NCBI RefSeq assembly: GCF_964355755.1
Contig: NC_092670.1
Span: 23,422,795-23,486,794 of the forward strand
DNA length: 64,000 nt
Source: Antedon mediterranea
Taxonomy: Eukaryota > Animalia > Echinodermata
Direction of reading: 5' to 3'
In this document: piece by piece, positions 1 to 14,300 of the stretch
Numbering within the stretch: the stretch's first letter is position 1
How the letters are laid out: each line of letters begins with the position of its first letter
Made by a program: the position numbers and the translations under genes
Notes under the pieces: generated by a model
What the model was told of the DNA's origin: nothing
Databases searched by the model: none
Seen by the model: only the letters and a program-made list of their open reading frames with translations

Positions 1-634
1 CAAAGGTTGTTTGTAGTCTATTTTTTTATCAACATCACTACCTACGAGTACCACACACAAATTGTGATTGTAATTGAGAAATATTGACAGGCTAGACATT
101 ATCGTATCGTACAATATGTGCAAAGATATAACCCAATAATAGTGATACCTTGTCATATCAACAGATTCCATATATACAGTATAGTTTGTTTTAAATAAGA
201 AATGGCTTATAAGCAAACACAGTGTTGATGGATGGTATATTTGTAGTTTGTCTACACTCATGCTGAGATGTTTATTTGAATACGTTGCAAACACGTCACC
301 ACACTGCAAGATGATCCCATTACGACCGTTTCTTCAGATTATAAGATTACAACTCTCTGTTAATTCTACTACACATATCTGATGCGAACTTAGTACATCT
401 ATTTAAGTACTATACTCTACTTATGGGTCTTGGCAACATTTTCACTGTTATCTGGCATACAGTAATACAGTATAATCAATGCCTTTAAAACTTATGCTGT
501 AATATTTCTCCATCTTTTGCCTGTAGTACTGCCATATTAAATGCATCTGACTGCAACAAATTACTGTAATTATTCCCTTGTTCGGGAATATCAATCTTTT
601 TGCTTAAGTCAAGAAAGTCAAGAAGTACTTAAGT

Positions 635-670
635 GTAAAACCATGGAGTATCTTTACTCCATGGTAAAAC
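635..670. mobile_element. Miniature palindromic CATGG...CCATG insertion or footprint with 7-bp TSD
   Basis: gtaaaac [catggagta tctt tactccatg] gtaaaac: a 22-bp hairpin (642-663) between exact 7-bp direct repeats. Confidence 0.6.
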
Positions 671-1899
671 TGGGGGCTTTATTCATCAAACTTTTTATTG
701 CATGGAAATATAAAGTATAAATAATAGACAAAAATTTAGGTAGAAATACTGATTTATTTCCAAAGCAAAATTTTGTTGGTAATTTGTGAAGGTTTTAGTC
801 GGCCCCACCCAAAAGAAAACTTGAAATATTTTCATGAACATTCTCATTTGTACTTTATATTCAGAACATTTTATACATTGACTCAGACAAATTCACTCCG
901 TCCTTAATTCTCCCTGATGCAAAATGCCAATATCGCTCATTTATTTTTTATCAGAATTTGGTTGTTATGTAATCGATAATCTCTGTCTCTGTGTAACTGA
1001 AGCGCACATGAATTCATCTAAATATTCTATTACGAGGTCTATTACTAAATAGTTCCATTAGACGGTAAGAGGAATGTCTAGATGATTACACTTGTAATGA
1101 GAATGAAAGATGAAAAGAGGTCCCATCCTGGATAAGTGACTTACCATTAAAAGTAGGACACAAGTTTAAAGTTGCGTGTCCTTGACTTACTTAATGCCCC
1201 TGACATACAATTTCATTTTATAGATAATGTATTAAAAAAATAAATTCTATGACGAATTTAAAAGAAATGTGCAGGAACTAATGATTGAACCAATGTGCCA
1301 CGTTACAGCTTTAATCGTACTGAACTCAGTCGATTTTATTAATTTGTCGGAAAAATTGATAATATAATGATCTAATCCAAACCATTATTACAAATCAATT
1401 CTCTCTGTACAGTCTAAAAGTAACCAAGCCCAACTGTTAATATTGCCTGCCAAGTAAAACTTAACATGGTCTTAAAAGCATTTAGCGAAGAATCCAAGGG
1501 TATGTTTCTAAAAGATAATACTGTACATGGCAAAGTTTATTAGTACTTTAAAAAACTTTAGTTCTATACCTCTTGTGCCCTCAGATTGAATACACATTAA
1601 TTTAATAATTGGTCATTTCGTTATAGTGCGTGATGAATAATCATATAATAGTGCAGGGCAACAGGCAGTAGAACCCATTACTGTTCGCACCTGACTACTT
1701 CCTTCTAATTATAATTTTAGGGATTTTCTTATAAGCCCTATTAAAGGATGACCTATCAGACCTGCACAGCAGGACTCATCAGGAGATCTCACTTTATAAA
1801 CTTATTTAACTTCTTATATTATTAATATTCAGAAGCCTTACTGTTCCTATTACCACTGGTGCAAAGCATTTTATGGGTAGACATACTGTTTAAGTAATA

Positions 1900-2190
1900 G
1901 GTGAATATTAGCTAGGCTTATAAAAAGATCTAATCGGAGGTCTGACTCGGAAGACTCTTCAGGAGTTCAATACTTATTCTCTCCTTGAGGGATAATATTA
2001 GCCATGGCTACCATTGGTTTTAGACATGACCATAGGCTTAAAAAGATATAGTTATCTGACTTGTTGGAACAACTCTGAAGAGGTTCACTTAATTCCTTGA
2101 GGGACAACATTAAACCATGGCTAGCATTAGTGAAGTGACCTACAGTAGCTAACTATAGGCTTTAACTTAGCAAGACTCACAGGGTTCTTA
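1900..2190. repeat. Degenerate tandem repeat, ~120-bp period
   Basis: Recurring taggcttataaaaagat / tctgact..actct..gagttca / tccttgagggataatattagccatggcta blocks. Confidence 0.45.
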
Positions 2191-3684
2191 CTAATACTTA
2201 TCTTGTATTATCTTTAATAAGTTTGGATGTTTCGCACCTTATGGTAATTGGTTCAATGGATGAGAATGATGAGCAGCTGGCAGTGTTACCACAGCTGCTT
2301 CTGTTAATTGATGAAGAGAAAGTCTTCTTAATAAAAAAATAAAAGATGCTTTTAATCAAATTATTAACTGGTGATTTTATTATGCTTGGAGGTCGTTAAC
2401 ATTTAAATCTTTATCATGCTTGGCGCATATTAAAGCATTTTAGATGTCTAATCGATCATCTTCCTGGTTCACATTGTAGCATTTTTATTCTATGCAGATT
2501 TCTGTGATTTTGATGCTACAAGGATAGATTAAAAATTCCTGTTAAATTAGCATAATTTATTTACAATATATTTGAATCACTATAAAAAAAAACTACTGTT
2601 TGGAGCTAAGAAATAACATAGAAAGGCTATGGTAAGGACAATGTATTTAAAGTTTGAACTAATATATTTATTATGATTGAGTATAATCCTACCCCATGTA
2701 ATTGTTATACAATCCGAGTATTTCCCCATTCCCATAATTGTCACTAAATTTCATACCAGTATGAAGACTGAGACTGGGTCATATGATATTTATAGTACAT
2801 TCATTGCATCTTTTAAGACATTTTTAAATTAAAATGATTATTTTGATTATTATGTACAGTTAGTTAAAAATAAACTTAGAATTTTAGAAAAACATGGTAA
2901 CTTCCGTTTGAAAATTTGAAAAATGTTATTTCAAAAAATCCCTGTAACCTCAATTTCATTTTCTTTGGCGAACATGAAAGTAGGTCACTTATGTACACAA
3001 TATCCTAGGTACGGTACATGATGTCAACTATAAAATGAAGTAATACTAAGCACAAATAGATCTAGTTACTGTGCTGACATGAATATAAATTACGGTTTAA
3101 ATAGGCTTAAAATCATATGTTAGCCTACAGTATGTAATAGCTACTGTTATAAAAGAACATCGTGAGGTCCACAAATTAGAATTTACTTTTGAAATGAAAG
3201 AAAAAAATGTTCAGCTTTTCATCTGATATCCAAAACAAATTACACGTACACTCGCACACAAATGAATGTTATGTTTGCGTGCATAAATCACGTACTAATA
3301 AATTTACTGATTATGAACGTGTATTCGGAGAGTTGTAGAAGACGAATAGAAAGTCTGAGGTCTTTTATTTCATCAATTGTAATTTTGAATCTACATTCTT
3401 GATAGGTATGTTAATTTATTTCCTGTTTTTTTTTTCTTGTTCCTCCCATTTATGCACACTACAGGTTAGCTTTTTCCAGTCAAATTCAACGGAAGCTTAA
3501 AAAACACAATGTATACAATACACAATTTTAAGCTATTAGTTGGTAGTTGTTGCTAAATGTGTAATTTATCAATATCTATAGATTTAACATGTATGTCGGA
3601 GTATAGTATTTGATGGTGGCACTGTACTGTATATATTGTATGGAATATAGCATTGTGTCTGAAAAAGTGAACATAATTTTGTGG

Positions 3685-4120
3685 GGATGGGATTATACTT
3701 GCATATAGGATGGGATTATATAGTACTGATGCCGAAATAAATCAAATCAAATCAAATCATGGGATTATACTTTAAGAGTAGGAGATGAGATTATACTTTA
3801 AGAGTAGGGGATGGGATTAAACTTGAGTATGGGATTTGAGTATGAGATGGGATTATACTTGAGTATGGTATGGGATTATGCTTGAGTATGGGATAAGATT
3901 ATACTTGAGTATGGGATAGGATTGTAGTTGAGTGTGGTATGGGATTATACTTTAAGAGTAGGAGATGGGATTATACTTTAAGAGTACTCAAGGGGATGGA
4001 TTATACTTGAGTATGGGATTTGAGTATTAGATGGGATTATACTTGAGTATGGTATGGGATTACACTTGAGTATGGGATGGGATTATACTTGAGTATTGGA
4101 TGGGATTATACATGAGTATG
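3685..4120. repeat. Minisatellite, ~22-25-bp unit (gggattatacttgagtatgggat)
   Basis: Direct tandem copies with small indels. Confidence 0.9.
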
Positions 4121-4943
4121 ATATTATAACAGTAATTATTAACAGCAGTATTTCTTTTTTTATTGGGCAATGACAATAATGGGTTGAAACTTCTTTCTTT
4201 GAAACTACCGAACAATAACATTATCCTTACTTTCACTTCTATTAGCTGGAACACGGAATACCATTATGAAATACAGTATACTCATGTAGAAAGTATTACA
4301 TTATTTTGTACCATTGTCATCAATGGGTAATTGACAGCAATCTCAGGAAGTGATTCTGTAAGATCTATTAATGCCAATTGCTTCCTGATATTTCCGAACA
4401 AGCTGTGGAAATGTTAAACTTTACCAGTGTGCAGTGCTTTCAGTTAAATAATACAAAGACAATACAAAGACAAAAGCAAGATTCTATACCCTTTCAATAG
4501 TACTGTAGTCATTTAAAAGTGTAGATTAATATTAAACTTATTCACTCACAACTAGTGCAGTATGTAAATGCTAATATTGATGGTGATTTCTTAGAGTGCA
4601 ATACCTAATCTTTTAAGTTTTTGTCTGTTTTTACCGAAGTTATATATATTATATTACTTGTTTTAGCATTAGGAAAAAGAATTTTATTTTTGTATTTCCA
4701 AAAGTGACAATAAATATATCTTGTATCATAGTAAGATAATTATATTCATACACAGTACTACTCTAGTCTTTATTATTCTCCCTATTCAAATCTTGGAAGA
4801 CTTAAAAGCATGGCCAAACCACAGAGGGTGCTATATATTTTTTTAATGCACCAAAAAATAGAGGGTGCTATTATTTGGAAACTCCCGATTATCGGGAGAC
4901 TTTCTTTTGTAGTACTAGCCCATAACATGTAAATGTAGACCTA

Positions 4944-4982
4944 GTTATACCATGGAACTATCTTATAGTTCCATGGTTATAC
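4944..4982. mobile_element. Miniature palindromic CATGG...CCATG insertion or footprint with 7-bp TSD
   Basis: gttatac [catggaactat ctt atagttccatg] gttatac: a 25-bp hairpin (4951-4975) between exact 7-bp direct repeats. Confidence 0.6.
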
Positions 4983-5316
4983 TGTACAATTGCGTGCAAA
5001 TGTTCACTAGCCATCGACAATTTGGTCCTAAATCGAGACCTATACTGTATTACAGTATCTCTAGTATTTTTAGGATGATATTGTGAAGTGTTGGTATACT
5101 ATTAAAACTACAGGCCTACTAAAATTATTATTTTTTTTTGTTTTCTAATGGCAAAATAGAATCTTTAAATGGTTTTGGCTTGAATTACAGCATTGAATGA
5201 ATTATTCTGTTACACTAATATGTATCTAATTTCCCAAGCAATCAGTTTACTGTAGTAGAGAAAGCTGAACACTATTGTAGCCTTAATATTGATCATTTCA
5301 AGTCATTCTTTTTTAG

Positions 5317-8300
5317 GAATGAGACCGCTACACTATGCTGCTTGGCAGGGTAAACTTGAGCCTGTGGTGCTTCTGTTAAAGGCTGGTGCTAGCCCGAATG
5401 AGGTTTCGTTGGAGGGTGACACACCACTTCATCAGGCTAGCCAGTATGGTAGTTATCGAGTTGTAAGTATTGAGATACTCATGGTGAAATAAATGAAAGA
5501 TATTATAAAAACATACTAAATCAACAGATAATGTTTAATACTTGTAAACACATGATTCATAGTGCTTTTATCAGAATACTTTATATTTAATTGTCTTTTT
5601 TGGTATGTTGTGAACTTGTATTTAACATGTTTTATTAATTGTTATTTTAATTTGAGGTATACCATACTGTGTGAAATGAAAGCTCTCTATTGGCTCGTGT
5701 GGTGCAACAATTTTGCTATTACCTTTTCTTTAGGCCGAAGTCTTATTGCAATTTTACGCTGACCCAACAGTAAAAAACAAAGCTGGAAAAACCTCTTTAG
5801 ATTTAGCTGCAGAATTTGGAAAGTTAGAAGTAGTGAACCTTCTACTAAGAAGCCCACAAAGTATGGACTTAATTTCACCTAAAACACATATGAACGTCAG
5901 TATGCATACTCCGCTACATTTAGCTGCGAAAAATGGACACAGTGACGTTATCAAGTAAGTTTATTGATAATTTCTAGGAATTAGTTACAGTACATCGTGC
6001 TAATTCATTGACATTGAGGCATATTTCATAACTTGGTTCCTTCTAGGTCCAGGCAACAACCCACAATGCAAATCCTATAGGTTGTTAAAAATTAAAAACT
6101 TCCCTATTACATTATAAAAGCTCCCTATAATTATGGGGAAAAACTCTGGCATGGCCTATTTTATGATTGGTTTGCCAGGATAACCCCATTAGCCTATTCT
6201 ACTTGAAGAACAAGACAGTACCATTTACGGAGAGGGGTGTTCAATGAATTATCTAATTTTCAAATTATATCTCTTTTGAGAAATATGCTTAACTTTGGGT
6301 TTGTGTATTTTAGGTTACACAATAAAGTAAATTGATCAATTACTTGAAATCTAATACAGAGTTTGAGATTACTTTCTATGTTCCATATAAAGTTTAAAAA
6401 CTTTACATGTAATACTAATATGGTTATATAGCACAACTAACCAAGCTCTTTGAAATTCTGCTCAAAATCTATATTTTACATTATCATTGAGTATTATAGT
6501 ACTGTACCTCAAGTCACGATTTATTTATTCGTTACATGCCGATAGCTGAATTCCTATTGAGATAGAGAGGTAACCCAAGAATTTTCCAGTTGTGAATTGA
6601 TTAAGTGATTTCAGTTGTCAATATCTTTAATGAGGAGAGGCCAAATATCAATCAACTTGAACAATTCTAGAGTTAAAGAGACTATACTATTTAATCAAGA
6701 AACAAAATCTAGGTATTAGTTTAAGATTAGTTTTCATTGGACATTTTGTTTCTTTGGTTACAATTTACTGACATTTTAGAATCAAATTTAATGGAAGGAA
6801 CCAGTTTAAACCTTTGTCTACAGTACACTATCAAACTAGTTTGACAAAAAAAAGTGTGATGTGCCCAAATATGGTAGTGATATGACATCATCATGCCCAT
6901 ATATGGGCACATAACATAAAGTTTGATAGTGTAGACAGAGCATAATCAGTAGGAACAACTACTAAGGAGACACCTAACAACCCAATAAAGTGTTCTGTAA
7001 GTCAGAGTTGTCAGTATTCTAATAATAGAATTAGTGACTGTTATACGGAACTAAACAACCATTTAAAGTCTTTTACGGTCTATTTGTTATTAACTTAAGG
7101 AAGAGTATCTGTAGAGATGGCTTTGTCCGTTCCATTATACAACATGATGAGAAGCTTAGCTACCTGTAGATAACAATAAAATACAAAAAAACACAAGACC
7201 TAAATAATTGCTATTTGAACTGTCCTGAATTGAGTATAGAATAGACTGCAAATCCTGCTTTATTCTTGATATTGAATCAGTATTAGTAATCAGTAGCATG
7301 TACTCTTTTTTGCTAGCTCTGCTAATACTAGTCTTACAGTATACTACTAAATATACAAATTCTGAACTAAACATTTAAAGAATTAGAGAAAATATATATG
7401 CAGCAAATGCATCATATATTTTTACACCGAATGAAACTAAAATCATACGCTATTGCATCATTCTTTCCCGTTCAAATAATATTTTCCCCCTGAAAAAGTT
7501 GCATCTAAAAATTATATATTTACCTGAAAAAAACTTTAAAGCAAAAAATAGTCTTTGGTAGAATTTAACCTTTTTTTTTTTTTGCCTTTTTGTACCGGTA
7601 ACTGAAAACATTTTTCTTTTTTTTAACTTCAGACGTGATAAATTCCATTAAAATGGCCTATTCAAAATCTGATTTTATTCATCTTCATTTCTCATGCTTT
7701 TTGGGGATAATACATCAAAGTTCACCTCCAAGTTTACCTACAGTACCCCCTGCAGAACATTTTAATCCCTTAACATGTTTGTATGATTTGATCGTGATTT
7801 ATTATGATTTATACATAGTTTAAACAAAATCTGATTAATAACACAAACACTGAAAAACAAAAATAACACTGAGTTCATTTAGAGGTCAGTTTACACTACT
7901 TGTGTCAGTCCTACAGATGTAGAAATAATTAGAGATGAATGTAGGTTTTGTTTCTACTGGCAACCAATCAAATCTGTTTCTTCTTGTTTTCTTAATTTTA
8001 GCTACATCTTGTCTTTAAATTGAATCATCACCGTTACCAGGACTACTACTGTACATGTATACTATTTATTTAGTTATTTATTTCGGACACTTCACCTTTA
8101 GAACAGTGGAACGAACAAAAACTGTAGTGCAAAAAATACTATTGTTTGCTTTCTAGGTACAGTAGTTTTTTAATACATTTTAAAAATAATATTCAAACAA
8201 ATTAATGTATATAATTTGTAGATACTACTTTGTTCGGTATTTAACTCATATTCAACTTCATACCAAATAAGGCAATAAAGGAATCATCTATTTTCAAATG

Positions 8301-11300
8301 GTCATTTTCAGTTGAGATTTATTCATAGGAAGATGAGCAGAGTATTATCATGTGTCGCTGTCTATATTGGCCATTTACAATTTATTTGAACGATGCAGAT
8401 GAATTTATCATTTTGAATTTCAGAATAATCTGGTCACTTCGCAGCCTATGATTTATACCTGTAGGCATACTAGTCATCTCAAGATGATAGTATTGTCATT
8501 AGCTGTTAGCTGTCTTTTCTATGCACGCTTAAGCTGATAAGATTCATACATCCAACATAAGTGAAATACACATTTCGCCATCTTCTTCATCATTCGATTC
8601 ATTCCGGATTTTCATATCATCAGATCATTATCAAATCATCACTTTTATCATCACATAAAGTATCATACACATAATTTTATGATTTTTTTATTAACATTTT
8701 AGAATATATTCATGTGAATATAAAATACAAATTTTACGACATCTGTGGATGACTAACTGACCCCAGCAATTTGTCCTACTTGATTATAATACACATTAAC
8801 CATTGTCTAATCTTTTTTTATATGGTGACCGCCTCTAAAAAATCAGTAGAATCCAAAATAATACGTGCTATCTTCCTATATAGCTTCACAAACTGTCACA
8901 CGCTATTATACCAAAAGCTGTTAAGTTACTTAGCCTACCACTGAGATGAGACCATGTATGACATGCTTGATGGTCCCAGTGTGTGTCATTAGTCATCGGT
9001 GCTGGCTTACATGCTGTTGATTGTAATAGCATGTAGTTTACCGTAGAATAGCTTCTGAAAGTTTCCGACGAGACGAGACAGTGCTTCAGGGAAGAAGCGT
9101 CCATGATGAAAAAATTATTGATAAATTGCTGTGTAGAAAGTTATGGACAGTCAACCTTTGAAAATGATATATGATTTAGGTACAAAGTATAATTTTTACT
9201 TAAAGGTGTATTGTCCCCCTGAAAAAATTTCTTTTGATAATACCATTTTTATTGTCAATAATAATTATCCGCTTTGACTAAAAATTGGATCGAAAACAAA
9301 TTATTTACCATAAAAACTGTAATTTAAAGCAAAATAGTCAAAATGGCTGCCAGCCATTGGGTTTTTGGTTGAATTTAACCATTTTATAAGTGAAAACATT
9401 ATTTTTTTCTATGGAAGTGAAATTTATACAAAATAACCTATTCAAAGACTGATTTACCTAATATTCATCTTCATCATGCATCTCTAGCAATAAAGTATAA
9501 TAATCATACACTGTACAATGTTATTACTGTGCATACTGTCATCTTGACATGAGATAAACATTAAAAGGAACAAGAATATAAGATTATTCCACAATGTAAA
9601 ATATTATAATATATCATGCAGACATAGAGACTTCAAAGTATGGTTTGCTTAAGTTTTATGAAGCTCATCACACAGCTTTTTCATTTTCAAATGTTGACAG
9701 TTTTATGGGCGTGTACAGTATTACTAAAATTATTTTTATAGTAAAATATTAATTTATAAATAAATTAAATATATCTGATTAAAGTTTATCAATGCAATTA
9801 TGGAATTCCACTTTAAATATTATAGTGATGGAATTTTTCTAATTTACTTTGCACTTTTAGATCACCCAATTTAACATTCATATAAACTATACAGCAAGCT
9901 AAGCCCATTTAGCTATCCTTATTACCCATTCACAGAACCTTTTTAAGTAAGCTTCAAGATAGCAATGAGCTAAGCCTCCCAGCTATCCTTATTACCCATT
10001 CACAGAACCTTTTTAAGTAAGCTTCAAGATAGCAATGAGCTAAGCCTCCCAGCTATCCTTATTACCCATTCACAGAACCTTTTTAAGTAAGCTTCAAGAT
10101 AGCAATGAGCTAAACCTCCCAGCTAGCCTTATTACCCATTCACAGCCTCGAGTAAGCTCACAGATAGAACTGGATCAGAAGCTGTCGCTACAAGCTGTCC
10201 TATTAGACGGCTGCTTATTATCGGCTGATAAATGAATACCTATCTAGATATTACAATTTGAACAAAAAAAATGTAAACTGCTCCTATTGCTAGGTTTATA
10301 AAATTCTATATAATTTTCCATAATGGCTGTCAATTACTCTGGCGTAACATAGAGACTTGAGGCCCCTGGATTAGGAACCCTAAGTTGCCCTCCAACGCTG
10401 GAGTCCTCCTGCGTTTTTAGCCATTTTCATAGTACCATTACATACAGTACTTTTTCCGCAAACAAATATATTTTCAAGATGATTTTGATCAGTGATAATT
10501 GTTATTAAAACCCACACACTTCTACAGTAGTGAATAACTTATTGGATTTAGTTTCCCTAATTTTTGGATGTCGTTCTATAAGAACTGTTCTGTACTATAT
10601 TATATTTAAACACTGTGAAAGTCCTAAATATCTCGAAATTGTAACTCACAGTGACTAAAAACAACACCACATCAAATCTGTAACACCAGAACGTTTTGAA
10701 CTCCAAAGTTTTTTGACTTTTAAAACACTGTTGTTGATGCCCCAATGTGTGTACACTAAAGAGTTTTACTAGCGCTCAATGTGAAAGGAGTATTAGAGAT
10801 ACTCATTATAACTAGATTCAGGAATTTGTGTTTGGTTGATTCCTTAGTGTGTACAGAACTGTAAAAAACTGTAAGATACAATGAGTCATGACATCCAACT
10901 GTGAACAACTGTATGGAAAGAGAGAAGAGGAATTGTAAAGCCTATGAAATCATTCATAAAACTTCCTGTGTGTGCTGCAAAACTGTAAAGATATACTAGA
11001 CATTTCTTGCCACATCATTGATTCTTTACAGTATAATTTGCGAGACATGAGACCACCAAATGTGAGACATATCTCTAGATCATTGCGAGCTTGTGTGAGA
11101 TAAGTCAATGTGATGATATTGTTGTAGGCATCTCGCGTGTGAATATCCTATTGACAGTGGTGTAAAAAATGGGACGAGTGATTTGTATGTGTTGGAATAA
11201 AATACTAACATATTGATTTTGTAATGGATATGTTTTCTTAGTATCAATTCACTAGTTTCAGTGATTTGATTTTGTTTGACAATGGATGAGATGATGAGTT

Positions 11301-14300
11301 AGGCTTTTAATTTTGCTAACAAATTGTTTACGAAAGTAAATCTACTATCCACTCAGTAAGAACAAGGCCATCGTTAGTTCCCAAAAGAAAAATAAAATAT
11401 TTTTCAATAGTACGATCCTCAACTAAAATGATTTAGTTCATTGACAACAGCAGTGAACCAAACAATTTTATATTTATACATTTTAAAAGTGAAAATTCTC
11501 ATTCAAATTGTAACAATTCATAATCTCTAAAAACTGGTTTGATATTGATGTATCGTTCCTTTCATTCCCCAAATGTATAACTTACACTTGACAAAAAGCA
11601 CAGTTGTTTGACGATCTAGTTCATTGAAGAACTACAGAGAGTGATGAATCTGTTACTTATTCTGCCACTACTTTGAACAATAGTTTTCTATACAGATTTT
11701 ATCTATATTGTGTAATCGTTTTTAGTGTACAACCTACACATTCTATTCCTAGCATTATCTTGTTTATTTCTTCTTTGTACTGGACTATGATTATCACACC
11801 CATACTCTTTTTGAATATTGTACCAAGTTCTCTATCATGCAATGTGTGTAAACATGGATCAATGGTTTTATGTCCCATCCAAAGGATGAGGTAATGAGAG
11901 TAAATAGGTTACAATCAATGGCACAGACATGTCTCGCACCCATGCTCAGATATTAGTCCGATCTCTTACCATTATGCCATACTGCTCTAGTAAGAATAAA
12001 AGAGCATTTAAAGGCAGATAATTAGTTGCTATATGAGAATACATTTATGGGGATAACAGATTATTTTGTAACAGGCCTTATACTAGCAGCCTCAGAATGA
12101 ATAGTGTGTCTGTGTAACACCCCTTTTACAGCCCCATGATGGAGCATTAAAAGTAGTCAAAAGCCAGTTAATAATACTATAATACACACGCTTCTGTTGA
12201 CTTCGTAATTGGTTGTTGATTTATATTGTACATTTATTCCGATGTTAGTAGGCAGGATTGAACATTTTATGGGTTGATTTATTAATCAATTGATCTGATG
12301 TATCATGAAAAGTGATGTTATAATTGATTCGTACACACATTTACTGGTACACAGGGAGATTGCAGTGGCTGCAGGCTTTTCTCGCGCATTTTAATCCTGC
12401 AATTTATGCAGTTTCTATCAGGTTTTTTTTTCTGCAATGGCTGTTCTTACCACTCACAGTACACAAAAACATGAATAGAAATTCAAATGTGTTTTTTATT
12501 GTTTAAGCAATTTATGACCTAATTTGTACTACAGCCTTGTTGAATTGGTTGTTTGTGCGCTAAAACAACTCAAGATGGAAGAGAAAACAGAAACATCAAG
12601 ATATTCACAACTCTACTTTCCTTCTTTTGGAAACACATGATATACCGTCAACCTAACTTTACTGCTATTTACTATTTAGTGAAATATCAACACTTTCAAT
12701 CTCGCTATCGAACCTTTCCCATGTGCCTAAATATAACATAACGTTCAGTCTGGTTGTCTACACCTGTGTAGGTGATGGAATAAACAACATAGGTATAAAT
12801 TTAGGTTAAATCATTTTAAATGATTTATTTATGTCAAGTTGGCATTAAATATGTCTGTGAACCTGTAACATTCTCGTCATAGAATACTTCCTAACATTCA
12901 AAACCCGTTGAAGCAGGTGATAAAGATCTTTTTATATCAGAAAATCCATTTTTTGGTTCTTTGAATGATAAAGCTCTGTCTGCAGTAATAAACTTAAAAA
13001 AAAAAAAAAGTGATTTGCTCATATATGGACATAATGATGTCATATCACTACCATGATTTAGGCATATCTCTACCATATTTGGGCACATCACACTTTTTTT
13101 TATCAAACTCAGTAAGAAAGAAACAGGAAAGAAAGTTATCTTAACTGAATTCAACCCTTGCTTAGTTTAACTGATTCGTGACTTTTAATAGCTAGACTTT
13201 AGGCAGACTATTTGTATTAAAGTTTGCAAATGTCTGCTAATATTGATCGAAACAAATGCATTAGACGAAATGGCTATTAATTTGATTATTTTACAATCTT
13301 GGTTTTTTTACTATGTCTGGTAATTCTATAAATAAAATCATTTTATATTGATGATACAGCCATAGGCAGATCAACATTTGATTTGTTCTATACATATATG
13401 GTAATTTTATTATCCAAAAAATATAGCAATTTAAAAACAAAATTGTCTACAGTACATGTCTTGGTTAGTTCTAAGATACATTATAATTACCCATCCCAAT
13501 AAGTTACTGTAATTAATAAAATAAATGGTTTGTCTGTTTATACTCTAATAATATATATTATTGAGGATTGAATATAACATTTAATCTATTAATACTTCTG
13601 TCATTTATTTAAAAAATTGATAAAGCAATTATTTCCTCCCTGCCTATTTATCTTAGATGTGTTTAACAATAATTATTGATTTTATGTTACATTATGCTAT
13701 TTTCATAATAATTTATTATAAAAAAGCAGCAATAGTAAGAATAGCATTACATTCAATTATTGCGTGGTTTATAATTTGGACATTTGTACTGCAATATTTA
13801 TTAATATTATTTTATTTGACAATTTTATTATGGAAAATTAAAATTTGTTTGCATTTGAATGATTATAATATTTTACTTATTCTTATTCTCTATTCTTGTA
13901 TTTCAAACAGTGTTTATACCAATAACATTGAATTGAATATAAAAATATCATCTAATATAAAAATTGTACACATTAAAATAATATTTAATCAGTTTCTTTG
14001 TTAAAAATACATTTAAATTGAGAAAGGTTTATCGAAGTAATCATATTGTGAAGTTTATAAATATTAAATATAATAATTTCATAATTGCTCTATTAATGGT
14101 TAAATATTTTTTTTTTACACAATTTTTGTAAATTTTTTCTTGGAGACATCTTTTATTTAATAATGGTAATTTACATGTAGAGTTACTTTTACTTTTAACA
14201 TATGAATTATAATCAAATGTCTGTTTCTCTTAGATTGATTTTTTATCTAAGTACGAATTTAGCCGTTGGTCAGATGACATTGTCAGATGATACTTTGTAA

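Noticed and set aside
13657-14004. 115-aa Ile/Leu-rich ORF and similar short ORFs across the introns
   Set aside because: Composition reflects very AT-rich intronic DNA; no domain similarity or splice-phase support.
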